The translations under genes and the position numbers were made by a program. The notes under the pieces are model-generated. The model was not told the origin of the DNA. It was given only the letters and a program-made list of their open reading frames with translations, and searched no databases. From IMG/VR virus record IMGVR_UViG_3300033076_000838, positions 175,836 through 239,835 of that record: a stretch of 64,000 nt of DNA. One strand, 5' to 3'. The first letter of the stretch is position 1. Every line of letters starts with the position of its first letter. Below, piece by piece: positions 46,041 through 56,335 of the stretch. Origin of the DNA: a virus (lineage: Duplodnaviria > Heunggongvirae > Uroviricota > Caudoviricetes).

Positions 46041-49000
46041 ATGGCAATAATCAAATCATATTCACCACTACAAAATTTATCAAATTACGGAACGTTCATA
46101 ACGGATACAAATCCTAATTCAGATTACTTTCGTATAACTGAATTTAACGAAACGTTTACAGGTGGTAAAAATGGATTCTTAATAGAGGGTTCAGAGCATT
46201 TAAAGGAAACAACTGAAATTAAAATTGAAATTTTAGATGTTGATGGAAATCCTGTCTATTACGAACCAGGTAATGGAGTGCCTGAATATTATGAGGGTAT
46301 CTCTAAATTGGTTTCTGTCCACGTTTATGAGGACACACCTATTGGGATAGGTAAGATTACCATTTTGGGAGAATTGAAGACTTATGAGGATGCTAGCGGG
46401 GTTATTCGTGATATTCCAACCGAATGGAGAGGTGCATATAATGTTAAGTGGGAAAAATCATTCCAAATCAATAAAAACCTTACAAATGAAACTCGTGTAA
46501 GATTTTATAGAAGACCATCAATTTCCATAGATGAAATTACCAAACCAATATACAACGTAACAACTCCTTACATAACAAGAAGTGGTTCGGTAGAAGGTAT
46601 TTCTGAAATTCCTATTGCAGGAACTAATTTAAGTAGATGGACTGCAGGAACTCTTTATAAATTAAAAAGAGTGAGTGGTGATGGTTGGACTGCATCAATT
46701 GATGAAAATACAATTACGTTATCAGATTTAGGATATACGGCAACTGTCAAAGAGGTATTAAATACCGATGAAATTTTAGTTGATATTCCATATACAATCA
46801 ATAATATTGTAACAAATTTTACACAAAGTAGTTGGACATCTTCATTTGAATATTTAGATGGCCAAACTTTTACGGAATCTGCATTGACTGGTTCTTTTGC
46901 TAAAATAAACATTTCAAATCTTAAAACATTTGTGGGTGATGTAGCAAGGGTAAAGATATTCCGTAAATCTCGTAACGATGTTGGTGATTATGTTTTAGTA
47001 CAAGAATCAAAATTAGAATCTACTGAATTATTGAGAGATTTGGGTGCAAGTGGTACTACCGATATTTCGTATGGCAATTTTACACAAACAAATTTAGAAA
47101 CATATTGGACAGGTTCATCTAATTTGCATCCAACAATCAATTTGGATAAGTTATATGCATCGGTAAAACCTGCAGATGGGTATAGTGGAGTGCAAACTCT
47201 ATATACAACACAATCAGTTTCCGTTTCTAAGGATGTTGAATACACTCTTACGTTTAAAACTCTTTATAGTGGTTCGGTTGATAATACAAAATCGTTACGT
47301 GCATATTTGAGTTCATCAACTTACACTCAAGATTTTTTAACTCTATCGGGTTCTGCAATATATCAAACAAAACAAGATATAACTAAAAATATTATTGCAA
47401 ATCCAATAAGTGGGTCGGTAGATACTAAATTAGTATTTGAATTTAGTGGAAGTGGATGGCATGTATCAAATGTGAGTTTGAAAAACGCACAAGAAACATC
47501 ATTTTCACCTGATGAATTTACAATTGTACAAGATGTGTCAAAAAATGTATCAACTGAAACTTTTGATTTCCGTTTTGAATTTTACGATATAAACAACAAT
47601 TATATTCCGGTTGATGTATTTGCTACAAAACAATTTACTGGCGGTAATAATTTCCCAACTAGTGCAAAAATTCTTTTACTACAATCGGATAAATCGGCTT
47701 TCCGATTTACAACAGGTTCGGTAGCAAATCCACCCTTTCAACAAATTGGGTTTACAACTACTCGTCAAAACATTGCAGGTGGTATTACATATGGTCGTTC
47801 GGTATTTGATATAACGGGTAGTTATATTGAACCAACACACTATTCACAATCGAATGGTACAATTATGGATTATCCTGGTGCTTTACATTCATCAAACGAT
47901 GCTGGATTTATTGTGCAAATTGATGAATTTAGTGGTTCATTAGATGTGCCAGGAAGTACAAATCTTATTAGAGTTGGATTTATTACTTACACTGCATCGG
48001 GCGATGGACTGGAAGAATATGAAACCATTTATAGATTAGAAGATGGTGATAACGCACCTGGTCTATTTGCTTCTTCAACTGCTAATCAATTCATATATAA
48101 AGCAACGAATTTATCTTTAAATCCATCAACTCAAGTTATTACGTTTGATGTAAGAAGAAAAAATTTAGGAGTTAGTGGTACTACAATCACTGTCAATTCA
48201 GGTAGTCAATTTGGAACAGCATCAGCAATTACACTTTTATCCGATGACCCATCAACCGCAGTAGCAACTTATTATTTATCTGGTTCTACTTTTAACTATA
48301 CATCGGGTTCAGCAACTTATTTTTTCAGTGCATCTGATGGTTATGGTATTGATTATCATGACACAATTAAGATTACACCTATTAAAATATTAGATGGATT
48401 ATCAGTAACACTTACAAATGAAAATGCTACTTTACCTGCTAAATCAACTGGATTTGTGGAAAGTGGTTCATTCAGTTTGACAAGTGGTTCGGTAAGTGTA
48501 AAAGTTGGTAATGAAACAATTACATTTGATGATGAAGGAGATGGACAAGGAAATAACACATTTGCTATAACATCAGTAAGTGGTAGTACCGGTATATCCG
48601 TAAATTCATCAAACCCAACTACAAATGAATATGGAATCACTACACTTAATGGTGTAGATAGTGGTTCTATAAATGTAGTGGTTAGATACAAAGATGGTAG
48701 TGGAGATACAACTGACGTAACAAAGATTGTAACTTATACAAAAGCAAAAAGAGCAACTCCGGTAGTTATTTCATTATTATCAAATGATGCACAATCAGTA
48801 ACCAAATCAAAAACAGGTGTATATGGAACTCCATCAAATTTTACAATTTCAGTAAATGAAGGTGGTTCGAACTATTCATATTCAAATAGTGGAGCAATAA
48901 ATACGTTTTATGTTTCAGCAATAACAGGTGCACCCACACCAACCAATGCAACAATAACACCAACTACACCATCTGCAGATACTGGTACGACAGTAAATTT

Positions 49001-51284
49001 AACCATTGCTTATGTAAATTCAGAAGGTATATCCGGTACGATTTCAAAAACTCATAGAGTAAGTGTTACAATAGATGGTAGTGATGGTACAAACGGAACA
49101 AATGGTACTGATGGTAATGATGGTGCACCGGGAGCAGATGGACCGGGTGTAGTATTCAGAGGGCCGTGGAGTTCTACTACAACTTATTATGATACTGATG
49201 ATTATCCGACTCGTAGAGATGCAGTTCTATACAACGGAACTTATTACGCAACAAAAACAAATGCAACTACAAACTTAAATAAACAACCAGATACTCAAAC
49301 TGCTTTTTGGGAATCATTAGGTACTGATTCGTATTTTGTAGCAGCTGAAATTGCAATATTTAGAGAATCATATGTAAAAGAAACTATAAACGTTGGTACA
49401 AATAGTAGTGGTAATGCAAATATTACTATTGCAGGTGGTACAACATCACCATATATTTCAATCGGTCAATCAACAAAAGGATATAATCAAACTGGTGCAT
49501 GGATTGGTAGTGATGGTACAAATGGTAAATTATCGTTAAAAAGTGCATCAAATTCTCTTTTATGGGATGGTACAAATTTAACTATAACAGGTGGTGGTAC
49601 ATTTAGTGGAGCGTTATCTGCAGCAAGTGGAACATTTACCGGTGCCTTAAGTGGTGGTACAATTTCTATCGGTAGTGGTAATAGTATTTTTAAAGCAGAT
49701 TCAGACGGAATTTATTTAGGAAACGCAACATTTGCTTCTGCACCATTTAGAGTAACTCCTGCAGGTGTTTTAACTACAACATCAGGAACTATTGGTGGAT
49801 GGACAATTGGGTCATCTACTTTGACAGGAGGTGCAGCAACATTAAATAGTAGTGGAGCGATTTCAATCGGTAGTGGTAATAATATTTTCAAAGCAGATAG
49901 TAATGGTATATATGTAGGTAACGCTACATTTGCAGATGCACCATTTAGAGTATCACAAGCAGGTGCAGTAACTGCTACAAATTTAACTTTGACCGGTGGT
50001 AGTTTAACTATTGGTAGTGGTGGAACGTATGCAAATATAAATTCCGCTGGTAAATTAACTGCAGCGAATGTTGATGTTTCTGGTCGTATTACTGCTACCG
50101 AAGGATTTATTGGAGATTGGGTATTAACTGGTCCTAACTTATATGCATCGGTAGGTACGAAAAAATTACAATTAGCAGCAGGAAGACCTGCTATGGAATT
50201 ATATGATGGAGCATCAGTAGTAGTGGATGTCAATGCAAATACTGCTTTATCAGATAGGTCTGCGGGTTCGATAACACCATCACCCGGCACACTCAATTCT
50301 TACAACGAACCTGTATATTATGCATTCTACGATAATCATTCGGGTCCAACATATTCTTATACAAATACTCCTGATAATTTAGGGCCGAATCAATCTACCT
50401 TTACAATTTCAAGTGGAAATGCATTAATAGGTCAGACCTGTACAATTTCAGCTACGGTCTCAGGTGGTTCAAATTCATTTATTGCATCCGGTGATGATTC
50501 ACATGGTAAATATTTAGAATATATGGAATGGAGATTTTCATATGGATTTAAATTAGTAACACCATCCCAAACTATCTATGTAACAACTCCAACTTTATAT
50601 GGTGAGGTATTACATCAAATCGGTGATTATACAATGAATGCATCATATGGTACATTTACTTTGAGTACATCGGTTACATTAGAAGCAGGAACATATTATA
50701 TAACACCCGTATTAAATAATGTTTATGCAGCTGCAATATTATCTGCACCAAATTTACCTGGTCCTTCAACGTTCCAAGTATATATGAGAACACCACTATT
50801 AAGTTCAATAAGTGCAGCAGTACCTGTATCAAAAACTGAATTATGTGCAGGTGGTTTCCAAGTTGTATATGATACATCAAAATATTTAGAGGTAAAACGT
50901 GCTAATGAAACGGATTTTGTAAAAATTGGTGGTGGATTGACGGTTACAGGCGATGTTACTGCAAATACATCTTCGGATATAAAATTAAAAGAAAACTTAG
51001 TAAAAATTAAAAATCCGCTTGAAAAAGTATCTTTAATAAATGGATATACTTATGATTGGAAAGAGGGTTTTGAAGATATTCATACTAACAAAGGAAATGA
51101 TATTGGAGTTATAGCACAAGAAATAGAATTAGTATTACCACAATTAGTAGCAACTCGTGATAATGGATTTAAGGCCGTGAGATATGATAAAATTGTTGCA
51201 CTATTAATCGAAGGTATAAAAGAATTGGTAAATAAAACCGAAGAGTTGGAAACTGAAATAAAAAAATTAAAAGAAGATAAATAA
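46041..51284 (+). CDS. Tail fibre protein with C-terminal intramolecular chaperone (peptidase S74)
   Basis: Short GXY collagen run, duplicated 'SIGSGNxIFKADS...APFRV' unit, C-terminal SSDIKLKEN...GYTYDWK...GVIAQEIE...VRYDKIVALLIEGIKEL. Confidence 0.9.
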   Translation: MAIIKSYSPLQNLSNYGTFITDTNPNSDYFRITEFNETFTGGKNGFLIEGSEHLKETTEIKIEILDVDGNPVYYEPGNGVPEYYEGISKLVSVHVYEDTPIGIGKITILGELKTYEDASGVIRDIPTEWRGAYNVKWEKSFQINKNLTNETRVRFYRRPSISIDEITKPIYNVTTPYITRSGSVEGISEIPIAGTNLSRWTAGTLYKLKRVSGDGWTASIDENTITLSDLGYTATVKEVLNTDEILVDIPYTINNIVTNFTQSSWTSSFEYLDGQTFTESALTGSFAKINISNLKTFVGDVARVKIFRKSRNDVGDYVLVQESKLESTELLRDLGASGTTDISYGNFTQTNLETYWTGSSNLHPTINLDKLYASVKPADGYSGVQTLYTTQSVSVSKDVEYTLTFKTLYSGSVDNTKSLRAYLSSSTYTQDFLTLSGSAIYQTKQDITKNIIANPISGSVDTKLVFEFSGSGWHVSNVSLKNAQETSFSPDEFTIVQDVSKNVSTETFDFRFEFYDINNNYIPVDVFATKQFTGGNNFPTSAKILLLQSDKSAFRFTTGSVANPPFQQIGFTTTRQNIAGGITYGRSVFDITGSYIEPTHYSQSNGTIMDYPGALHSSNDAGFIVQIDEFSGSLDVPGSTNLIRVGFITYTASGDGLEEYETIYRLEDGDNAPGLFASSTANQFIYKATNLSLNPSTQVITFDVRRKNLGVSGTTITVNSGSQFGTASAITLLSDDPSTAVATYYLSGSTFNYTSGSATYFFSASDGYGIDYHDTIKITPIKILDGLSVTLTNENATLPAKSTGFVESGSFSLTSGSVSVKVGNETITFDDEGDGQGNNTFAITSVSGSTGISVNSSNPTTNEYGITTLNGVDSGSINVVVRYKDGSGDTTDVTKIVTYTKAKRATPVVISLLSNDAQSVTKSKTGVYGTPSNFTISVNEGGSNYSYSNSGAINTFYVSAITGAPTPTNATITPTTPSADTGTTVNLTIAYVNSEGISGTISKTHRVSVTIDGSDGTNGTNGTDGNDGAPGADGPGVVFRGPWSSTTTYYDTDDYPTRRDAVLYNGTYYATKTNATTNLNKQPDTQTAFWESLGTDSYFVAAEIAIFRESYVKETINVGTNSSGNANITIAGGTTSPYISIGQSTKGYNQTGAWIGSDGTNGKLSLKSASNSLLWDGTNLTITGGGTFSGALSAASGTFTGALSGGTISIGSGNSIFKADSDGIYLGNATFASAPFRVTPAGVLTTTSGTIGGWTIGSSTLTGGAATLNSSGAISIGSGNNIFKADSNGIYVGNATFADAPFRVSQAGAVTATNLTLTGGSLTIGSGGTYANINSAGKLTAANVDVSGRITATEGFIGDWVLTGPNLYASVGTKKLQLAAGRPAMELYDGASVVVDVNANTALSDRSAGSITPSPGTLNSYNEPVYYAFYDNHSGPTYSYTNTPDNLGPNQSTFTISSGNALIGQTCTISATVSGGSNSFIASGDDSHGKYLEYMEWRFSYGFKLVTPSQTIYVTTPTLYGEVLHQIGDYTMNASYGTFTLSTSVTLEAGTYYITPVLNNVYAAAILSAPNLPGPSTFQVYMRTPLLSSISAAVPVSKTELCAGGFQVVYDTSKYLEVKRANETDFVKIGGGLTVTGDVTANTSSDIKLKENLVKIKNPLEKVSLINGYTYDWKEGFEDIHTNKGNDIGVIAQEIELVLPQLVATRDNGFKAVRYDKIVALLIEGIKELVNKTEELETEIKKLKEDK

Positions 51285-52552
51285 TGCCTTTACCTAATAG
51301 TGGTCCTATAAAAATGTCCGATATTAAAGCTGCATTAAGCACTGCTTCAAATTCATTAAGACAATATAATGTTATTGCTAAAGCAGCAACAGGTCTTAGT
51401 AAGTTTGATATACCAGATGTTATGTCTGAATTTTATGGATATAGTAGTACTCCAACTCCGACAGTTCCAACACCTACTCCAATAGTACCAACACCAACAC
51501 CGGAAGTACCTTCACCAACCCCAAATTATACTCCACCAACACCAACACCTACTACACCGGAAACTGGATTAAGTGTTTATTTAGGAACGGATTCAGAGGT
51601 AACATGTGGTGGTGGTGATTATGATTATGTAGATATTACTGTCTATGGAACTACCATTTGTGATGCAACGTCAATAAAAACATTACCACAATATGTGTTA
51701 AACGATTTACCATCAAGTGCATATTTTTATGTTTCTGACATAGTTGGTGGTACACGATATTATAGAAGATTTAGAGTTTATGGTAGTGGTGCAACTACAG
51801 CCGGAACTTGTACTGAATGTGCAGTAACCCCAACACCTACACCAAGTGTTCCAACTCCAACACCAATAGTACCAACACCGGATTATTATGCACCTACGCC
51901 GGATTATACCCCACCAACACCAACCTATGTTCCACCAACACCTACATTATCAATTGATTCGGGTTGTGTAAGTTATGAAGGAACTGGTTATATAAATTTA
52001 TCAGCATCGGGTGGTTCGGGTAATTATAAATACCATATTGGTCCATCGGTTATCGATTTCAACAATCCTTCTGCATATAACGGAGTTCAGAATGCTTCTA
52101 ATTTAGCAGATAATGCAGGATATTATGTTGCGGTTTATGATTTAACTTATGGAACTAAAAGTGCAACAACTCGTGGTATAGATTGTCTTCCTGCTCCAAC
52201 TCCAAGTGTTCCTACACCTACACCAGAAGTACCAACACCTACACCAGAAGTACCAACACCTACACCAAGTGTTCCAACACCTACACCGGCTATTACTGGT
52301 TGGAATTATTCAATAGGTATTGGTACAGGTGACCCAGGTAGTAGTGGAACTGCATGTGTAAACGCCCAATATGGTTCATATTATGGAACTGTCTATTCAA
52401 ATCAATGGTCTGAATTAATTGGTGGTAGAATTTATTATAATTACGATGGTTCGCCATTTAATGATAGTGGTATATTCTCTGATGGATTATCATATGGATA
52501 TTTTAGTGCAGGTGGACAATATCAAGCAGGTGGAGTTTGTGAAATATTATAA
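51284..52552 (+). CDS. Pro-Thr-repeat (mucin/extensin-like) tail-fibre-associated protein
   Basis: Three PTPT-rich blocks separate Cys-bounded globular domains. N-terminus MPLPNSGPIKMSDI...MSEFYG is a type often found after phage fibres. Confidence 0.75.
   Translation: MPLPNSGPIKMSDIKAALSTASNSLRQYNVIAKAATGLSKFDIPDVMSEFYGYSSTPTPTVPTPTPIVPTPTPEVPSPTPNYTPPTPTPTTPETGLSVYLGTDSEVTCGGGDYDYVDITVYGTTICDATSIKTLPQYVLNDLPSSAYFYVSDIVGGTRYYRRFRVYGSGATTAGTCTECAVTPTPTPSVPTPTPIVPTPDYYAPTPDYTPPTPTYVPPTPTLSIDSGCVSYEGTGYINLSASGGSGNYKYHIGPSVIDFNNPSAYNGVQNASNLADNAGYYVAVYDLTYGTKSATTRGIDCLPAPTPSVPTPTPEVPTPTPEVPTPTPSVPTPTPAITGWNYSIGIGTGDPGSSGTACVNAQYGSYYGTVYSNQWSELIGGRIYYNYDGSPFNDSGIFSDGLSYGYFSAGGQYQAGGVCEIL
52195..52290 (+). 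repeat. Coding 21-nt tandem repeat (PTPTPEV / PTPTPSV)
   Basis: CCAACACCTACACCAGAAGTA-like units; related blocks near 51449-51560 and 51827-51944. Confidence 0.85.
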
Positions 52553-52558
52553 TAAAAT

Positions 52559-54013
52559 ATGAAAAGATTAGTTACATTTGGTGATAGTTGGACTGCAGGA
52601 CATGGTGTAGAAACTGATATACAATATAAAGAAATTATTTCTCCAAATTTGTTTATTGATTATTTACGTTTGATGAACGGATGGCCAAGATTTTTAGCTA
52701 ATAAATTCGATATTCCATTTGTTAATTTAGCATTTTGCAATAAATCAAATAATGAGATTTATGAAGATATTGTAAAGTGGAAACCACTATTAGATAAAGA
52801 TGATTTAATAATTGTGATGCTCTCATATCCATATAGAAAATATGGTAATCCAATTATAGATGTTGGTAATATTATTAATGAATTAAATGGATATAACTAT
52901 TTTATTATTAATTCATTTTTTCCAACATTTTCAAATGTAGAACCTTCTGATATTTCTGATTTAAATCTTAGTAGATTTTTAAATATAGATGGGTGTGTTA
53001 GTGATGGGTTAGTTAAATGGGAATATGAAAATAAACAAAGTTGTTGGGAATATGGATTTAGAAAAGTTAATAATTCTGATACATTTTTAGGTGGTGATTA
53101 TCACCCAAATACAATTGGATATAAATTAATAGCAGATGAAATATATCTTAGATTAAAAAATTATAATTCATATAAATTATTAACTATACCTATTGCAGCA
53201 CCTACGGAATTATTTAGATTTCAAACATCATTATTTGAATTTTTTCAAAAAAGAGTTTATGGTGATGATGCTAATATGAACGCAATTATTATTATGTTAG
53301 ATAGAAATCAACATAATAGTTCACATAAATCTCTCCCGTGGACTATCGATTTAAGAAATAAATTATTACCAGGAATACATAAAGAGTTAGACCAATCTAA
53401 AAAACATCCACATTATAATTCTATAAATGTGTTTTATCCATTAAAATATATGGTAGATACATTACCAGATGAAAAAGTTTTATGTATTATAGATTGTGAT
53501 GTAGTACCTTTAAAGGTATATGATGGTATAATCCCAAATGATGATGAGGTTATTACATGTGATATTTACGAAAATTGGCATATGCATATTAAAAATCCAT
53601 CACAAGAAAATTTTTATAAAATAGAACCATTTTTAGAACATACTGATTATGAATATATGGATGGTGGTTTTGTTCCGATTATTATAAATGTAAAAACTCT
53701 TAAAAAAATATTAAATGATGTAATTAGTATTTCTGAAAGATTAATCGATAGTTTAGATGATGATGATATGTTTGGTTGGTGGGGTACAATGGCCGGATTT
53801 CAAATTGCATGTCATAATCATAAAATAAAATGTATTTCACAAGATAATACATATGTTCCAAATATAAATGATTTATCTGATAATCATTATTTTTGTCATT
53901 ATTCATGTGACCCATTGTTTGCAAAAAAAGATTATCCAAATTGGGATATAACTCAATTCAAATCTAACAAATTTTATAATCATATTAGAATGTGGTTGAA
54001 AAATTTTAAATAA
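52559..54013 (+). CDS. SGNH domain fused to a GT-A glycosyltransferase resembling plant HPAT/SGT1 (GT95/GT96)
   Basis: TFGDSW...HPNTIGY, followed by FRFQT...YNSIN...IIDCD...GWWGTMAGF...CHYS. Confidence 0.6.
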   Translation: MKRLVTFGDSWTAGHGVETDIQYKEIISPNLFIDYLRLMNGWPRFLANKFDIPFVNLAFCNKSNNEIYEDIVKWKPLLDKDDLIIVMLSYPYRKYGNPIIDVGNIINELNGYNYFIINSFFPTFSNVEPSDISDLNLSRFLNIDGCVSDGLVKWEYENKQSCWEYGFRKVNNSDTFLGGDYHPNTIGYKLIADEIYLRLKNYNSYKLLTIPIAAPTELFRFQTSLFEFFQKRVYGDDANMNAIIIMLDRNQHNSSHKSLPWTIDLRNKLLPGIHKELDQSKKHPHYNSINVFYPLKYMVDTLPDEKVLCIIDCDVVPLKVYDGIIPNDDEVITCDIYENWHMHIKNPSQENFYKIEPFLEHTDYEYMDGGFVPIIINVKTLKKILNDVISISERLIDSLDDDDMFGWWGTMAGFQIACHNHKIKCISQDNTYVPNINDLSDNHYFCHYSCDPLFAKKDYPNWDITQFKSNKFYNHIRMWLKNFK

Positions 54014-54025
54014 ACAATAAATATA

Positions 54026-54033
54026 TATTTATA
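54026..54033 (+). promoter_or_regulatory. Putative late promoter TATTTATA
   Basis: Exact motif 17 nt before 54051. Confidence 0.6.
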
Positions 54034-54050
54034 TACATAATCAAATAATT

Positions 54051-54605
54051 ATGGTCACAATTATAGATAATGTTTTAACTAAAGATGAATGTAAAATATT
54101 AATAGAACTTGGTTCTAAAAATATGATTAAAGCCGGAACTTTGGGTAAACAAATTGATGGATATAGAACCGCCGATGGTAGTTGGTTATTAGAACCAAAC
54201 GAATTAGTTGATAAGGTAAAAAATATGATTTCCGTAATGACAGGAAATCCAATAGAAAACCAAGAAGAAATTCACATAGTTAAATATGATATTGGTGGTG
54301 AATTTAAAGTTCATACTGATTATTTTCATAGTAATGAAGAATATTATTCAGAACATATAAAACGAGGTGGACAACGAATAATGAGTTGTTTGTTTTATTT
54401 GAATGATGATTTCGAAGGCGGTGAAACTGAATTTCCATTAAAAAAATTAAAAATAACGCCAAGACTTGGTAGATTATTAATGTGGAGTAATGTTACACCA
54501 GATGATGCTTTAGATTATGAAAGTTTACATGCAGGATTACCCGTTATAAGTGGAACTAAATATATAGCAGTTATATGGATTAGAGAATCTAAATTTAAAA
54601 AATAA
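54051..54605 (+). CDS. Prolyl 4-hydroxylase-like 2OG-Fe(II) oxygenase
   Basis: HIVKYDIGGEFKVHTDYF, GGQRIMSCLFYLND, GGETEFP, SLHAGLPVISGTKY...WIR: the plant/algal P4H pattern. Confidence 0.85.
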   Translation: MVTIIDNVLTKDECKILIELGSKNMIKAGTLGKQIDGYRTADGSWLLEPNELVDKVKNMISVMTGNPIENQEEIHIVKYDIGGEFKVHTDYFHSNEEYYSEHIKRGGQRIMSCLFYLNDDFEGGETEFPLKKLKITPRLGRLLMWSNVTPDDALDYESLHAGLPVISGTKYIAVIWIRESKFKK

Positions 54606-54609
54606 ATAT

Positions 54610-55113
54610 ATGCATTGTGATTTAGGTAAAATATTAAATGAATATGAATGTGAATATATAAAAAAAGAATTTTTACATTTTATGGAAATTGGTAAAATCA
54701 ATTTAGAAAATGATAATAATTTTTACAAAAATTCATATGGGGGTAATACTCCAGTTACTTGGTATTTATTGGGTAGATTTTTACCATTAGTAGAAGAAAA
54801 AAGTGGAAAAAAATTAAAAACAGCCAATCCATATATTAGAATTTATAAAAATGGGTCTACTCTACCAAATCATATAGATAGACCTGGATTAGATTGGACT
54901 ATATCAGTTTGTATATTTACAAATTTAGATAATGATTGGCCATTATATGTAGAAGATATTACCCATAAGGATGGTAAAGTTCCATATGTTACACAACAAG
55001 GATATGCTGGATTAGTTGATGGTAGAATTACAAATCATTGGCGTGATGAATTAATTTGTAATGATTCTGAATATGTAATTCAATTATTTTTACATTATAC
55101 TGAAATAGAATGA
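54610..55113 (+). CDS. 2OG-Fe(II) oxygenase
   Basis: YIRIYKNGSTLPNHIDRP (HxD), HWRDEL, QLFLHY. Confidence 0.8.
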   Translation: MHCDLGKILNEYECEYIKKEFLHFMEIGKINLENDNNFYKNSYGGNTPVTWYLLGRFLPLVEEKSGKKLKTANPYIRIYKNGSTLPNHIDRPGLDWTISVCIFTNLDNDWPLYVEDITHKDGKVPYVTQQGYAGLVDGRITNHWRDELICNDSEYVIQLFLHYTEIE

Positions 55114-56147
55114 GTTATAAATTATTAGTTACAACCGGAGCAGGAAATACCATACAAGGTGGTTCTGATATTTGGACTAATTATTTTTTAGAATTAGTAT
55201 GGTCTACTTTACCTACAAAAAAAGAATGGAGGTTATTAATAGATTCTAAACGACCAATAACATTTGAAGAAAAATCATTACCGAAGGGATTACAATACCA
55301 CTTTCATTATGATGATGTTGAAAAAACAAATAAATGGTTAGAAGAAAGTGAAATAATTCATGTCCTACATCCACATTATCACAAACGTCCACATCTTTGG
55401 CATTGGGAAGATAAATTTGGAACTGTCTTTGTTCATGCATATGCAAGAGAAATGACGGAAGTGATTGATAATAATCCAGAAATAAATCGATTACAATTCG
55501 GAACAAACGTAGATGTTGAATTTTATGATGAATATCTTGCAACATTCAAACGAAGAATATGGGTAGGTAATAATCCAACTCAAATGATTGATGAATTTCC
55601 AAATTACACTTACAACGTTCCAAATTTTTATGAATTTAAAAATAATTTACCACTTACAACTCATATAGATAATGGTAAAATAGGATTTGCTTCTCGTGCT
55701 GAATCTCGTAAGTGTTTGCATTGGATGAATAATCATACAGGGTTTGTATTGACAAATCAATTTGATGTGAAAAATTTAAGAGATACTACAACATATTCTC
55801 TAAATGGTATTGATTTATTCCAGTGGGACCCATCTATACATCATTTTTTTATGTTAAAAAATTGGGGTATATTTCATGGTGCATATTTTAAAGAACCATT
55901 TGGATATTCAATATTTCAAGCAGTTGATTATGGTAAATTACCAATAATAAATAAAGATTGGGCATCAGAAGTTGATTACAAATATAGAGTTTCAACTAAA
56001 AATGAATTTGATGAATGTGTGAAAGAAATACTAAATGATTCGTATGAAGAAAGAGAACAAAATTGGTTAAATCTCAAAAATTATATGAAAAAATTTGATA
56101 ATAAAGACGAATGGGTTGATAAAATCCGTACCGCAATTTTAGCATAA
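55110..56147 (+). CDS. GT-B glycosyltransferase (GT4-like)
   Basis: KEPFGYSIFQAVDYGKLPII resembles the EPFG...EA..G.P motif. Confidence 0.7.
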   Translation: MSYKLLVTTGAGNTIQGGSDIWTNYFLELVWSTLPTKKEWRLLIDSKRPITFEEKSLPKGLQYHFHYDDVEKTNKWLEESEIIHVLHPHYHKRPHLWHWEDKFGTVFVHAYAREMTEVIDNNPEINRLQFGTNVDVEFYDEYLATFKRRIWVGNNPTQMIDEFPNYTYNVPNFYEFKNNLPLTTHIDNGKIGFASRAESRKCLHWMNNHTGFVLTNQFDVKNLRDTTTYSLNGIDLFQWDPSIHHFFMLKNWGIFHGAYFKEPFGYSIFQAVDYGKLPIINKDWASEVDYKYRVSTKNEFDECVKEILNDSYEEREQNWLNLKNYMKKFDNKDEWVDKIRTAILA

Positions 56148-56196
56148 TTCCAAATATTTATTTTTCAGATTTTTTTACGTTTTGTATATTTTTATA

Positions 56197-56329
56197 TATT
56201 TATATACAAAGGGGGTAGGGGGTTAGCTACAAAGCTAATAACTACTACACTATAACTTATACTATTTTATTAATACTATATTTTATATAAAGCTTAATAA
56301 AGCCTATCTCCGTAATCTCGGAAATATAT
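56197..56329 (+). other. Non-coding element: late-promoter motif, G5-TA-G5, small hairpin, AT-rich tract
   Basis: TATTTATA at 56197, GGGGGTAGGGGG at 56211-56222, TTAGC/GCTAA hairpin, ACTAT-like repeats. Confidence 0.45.
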
Positions 56330-56335
56330 TTGGTT

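Noticed and set aside
51449-52290. Tandem repeats as a CRISPR array or DGR template/variable pair
   Set aside because: The units are in-frame 21-nt coding repeats without unique spacers; there is no cas or reverse transcriptase gene in the window.
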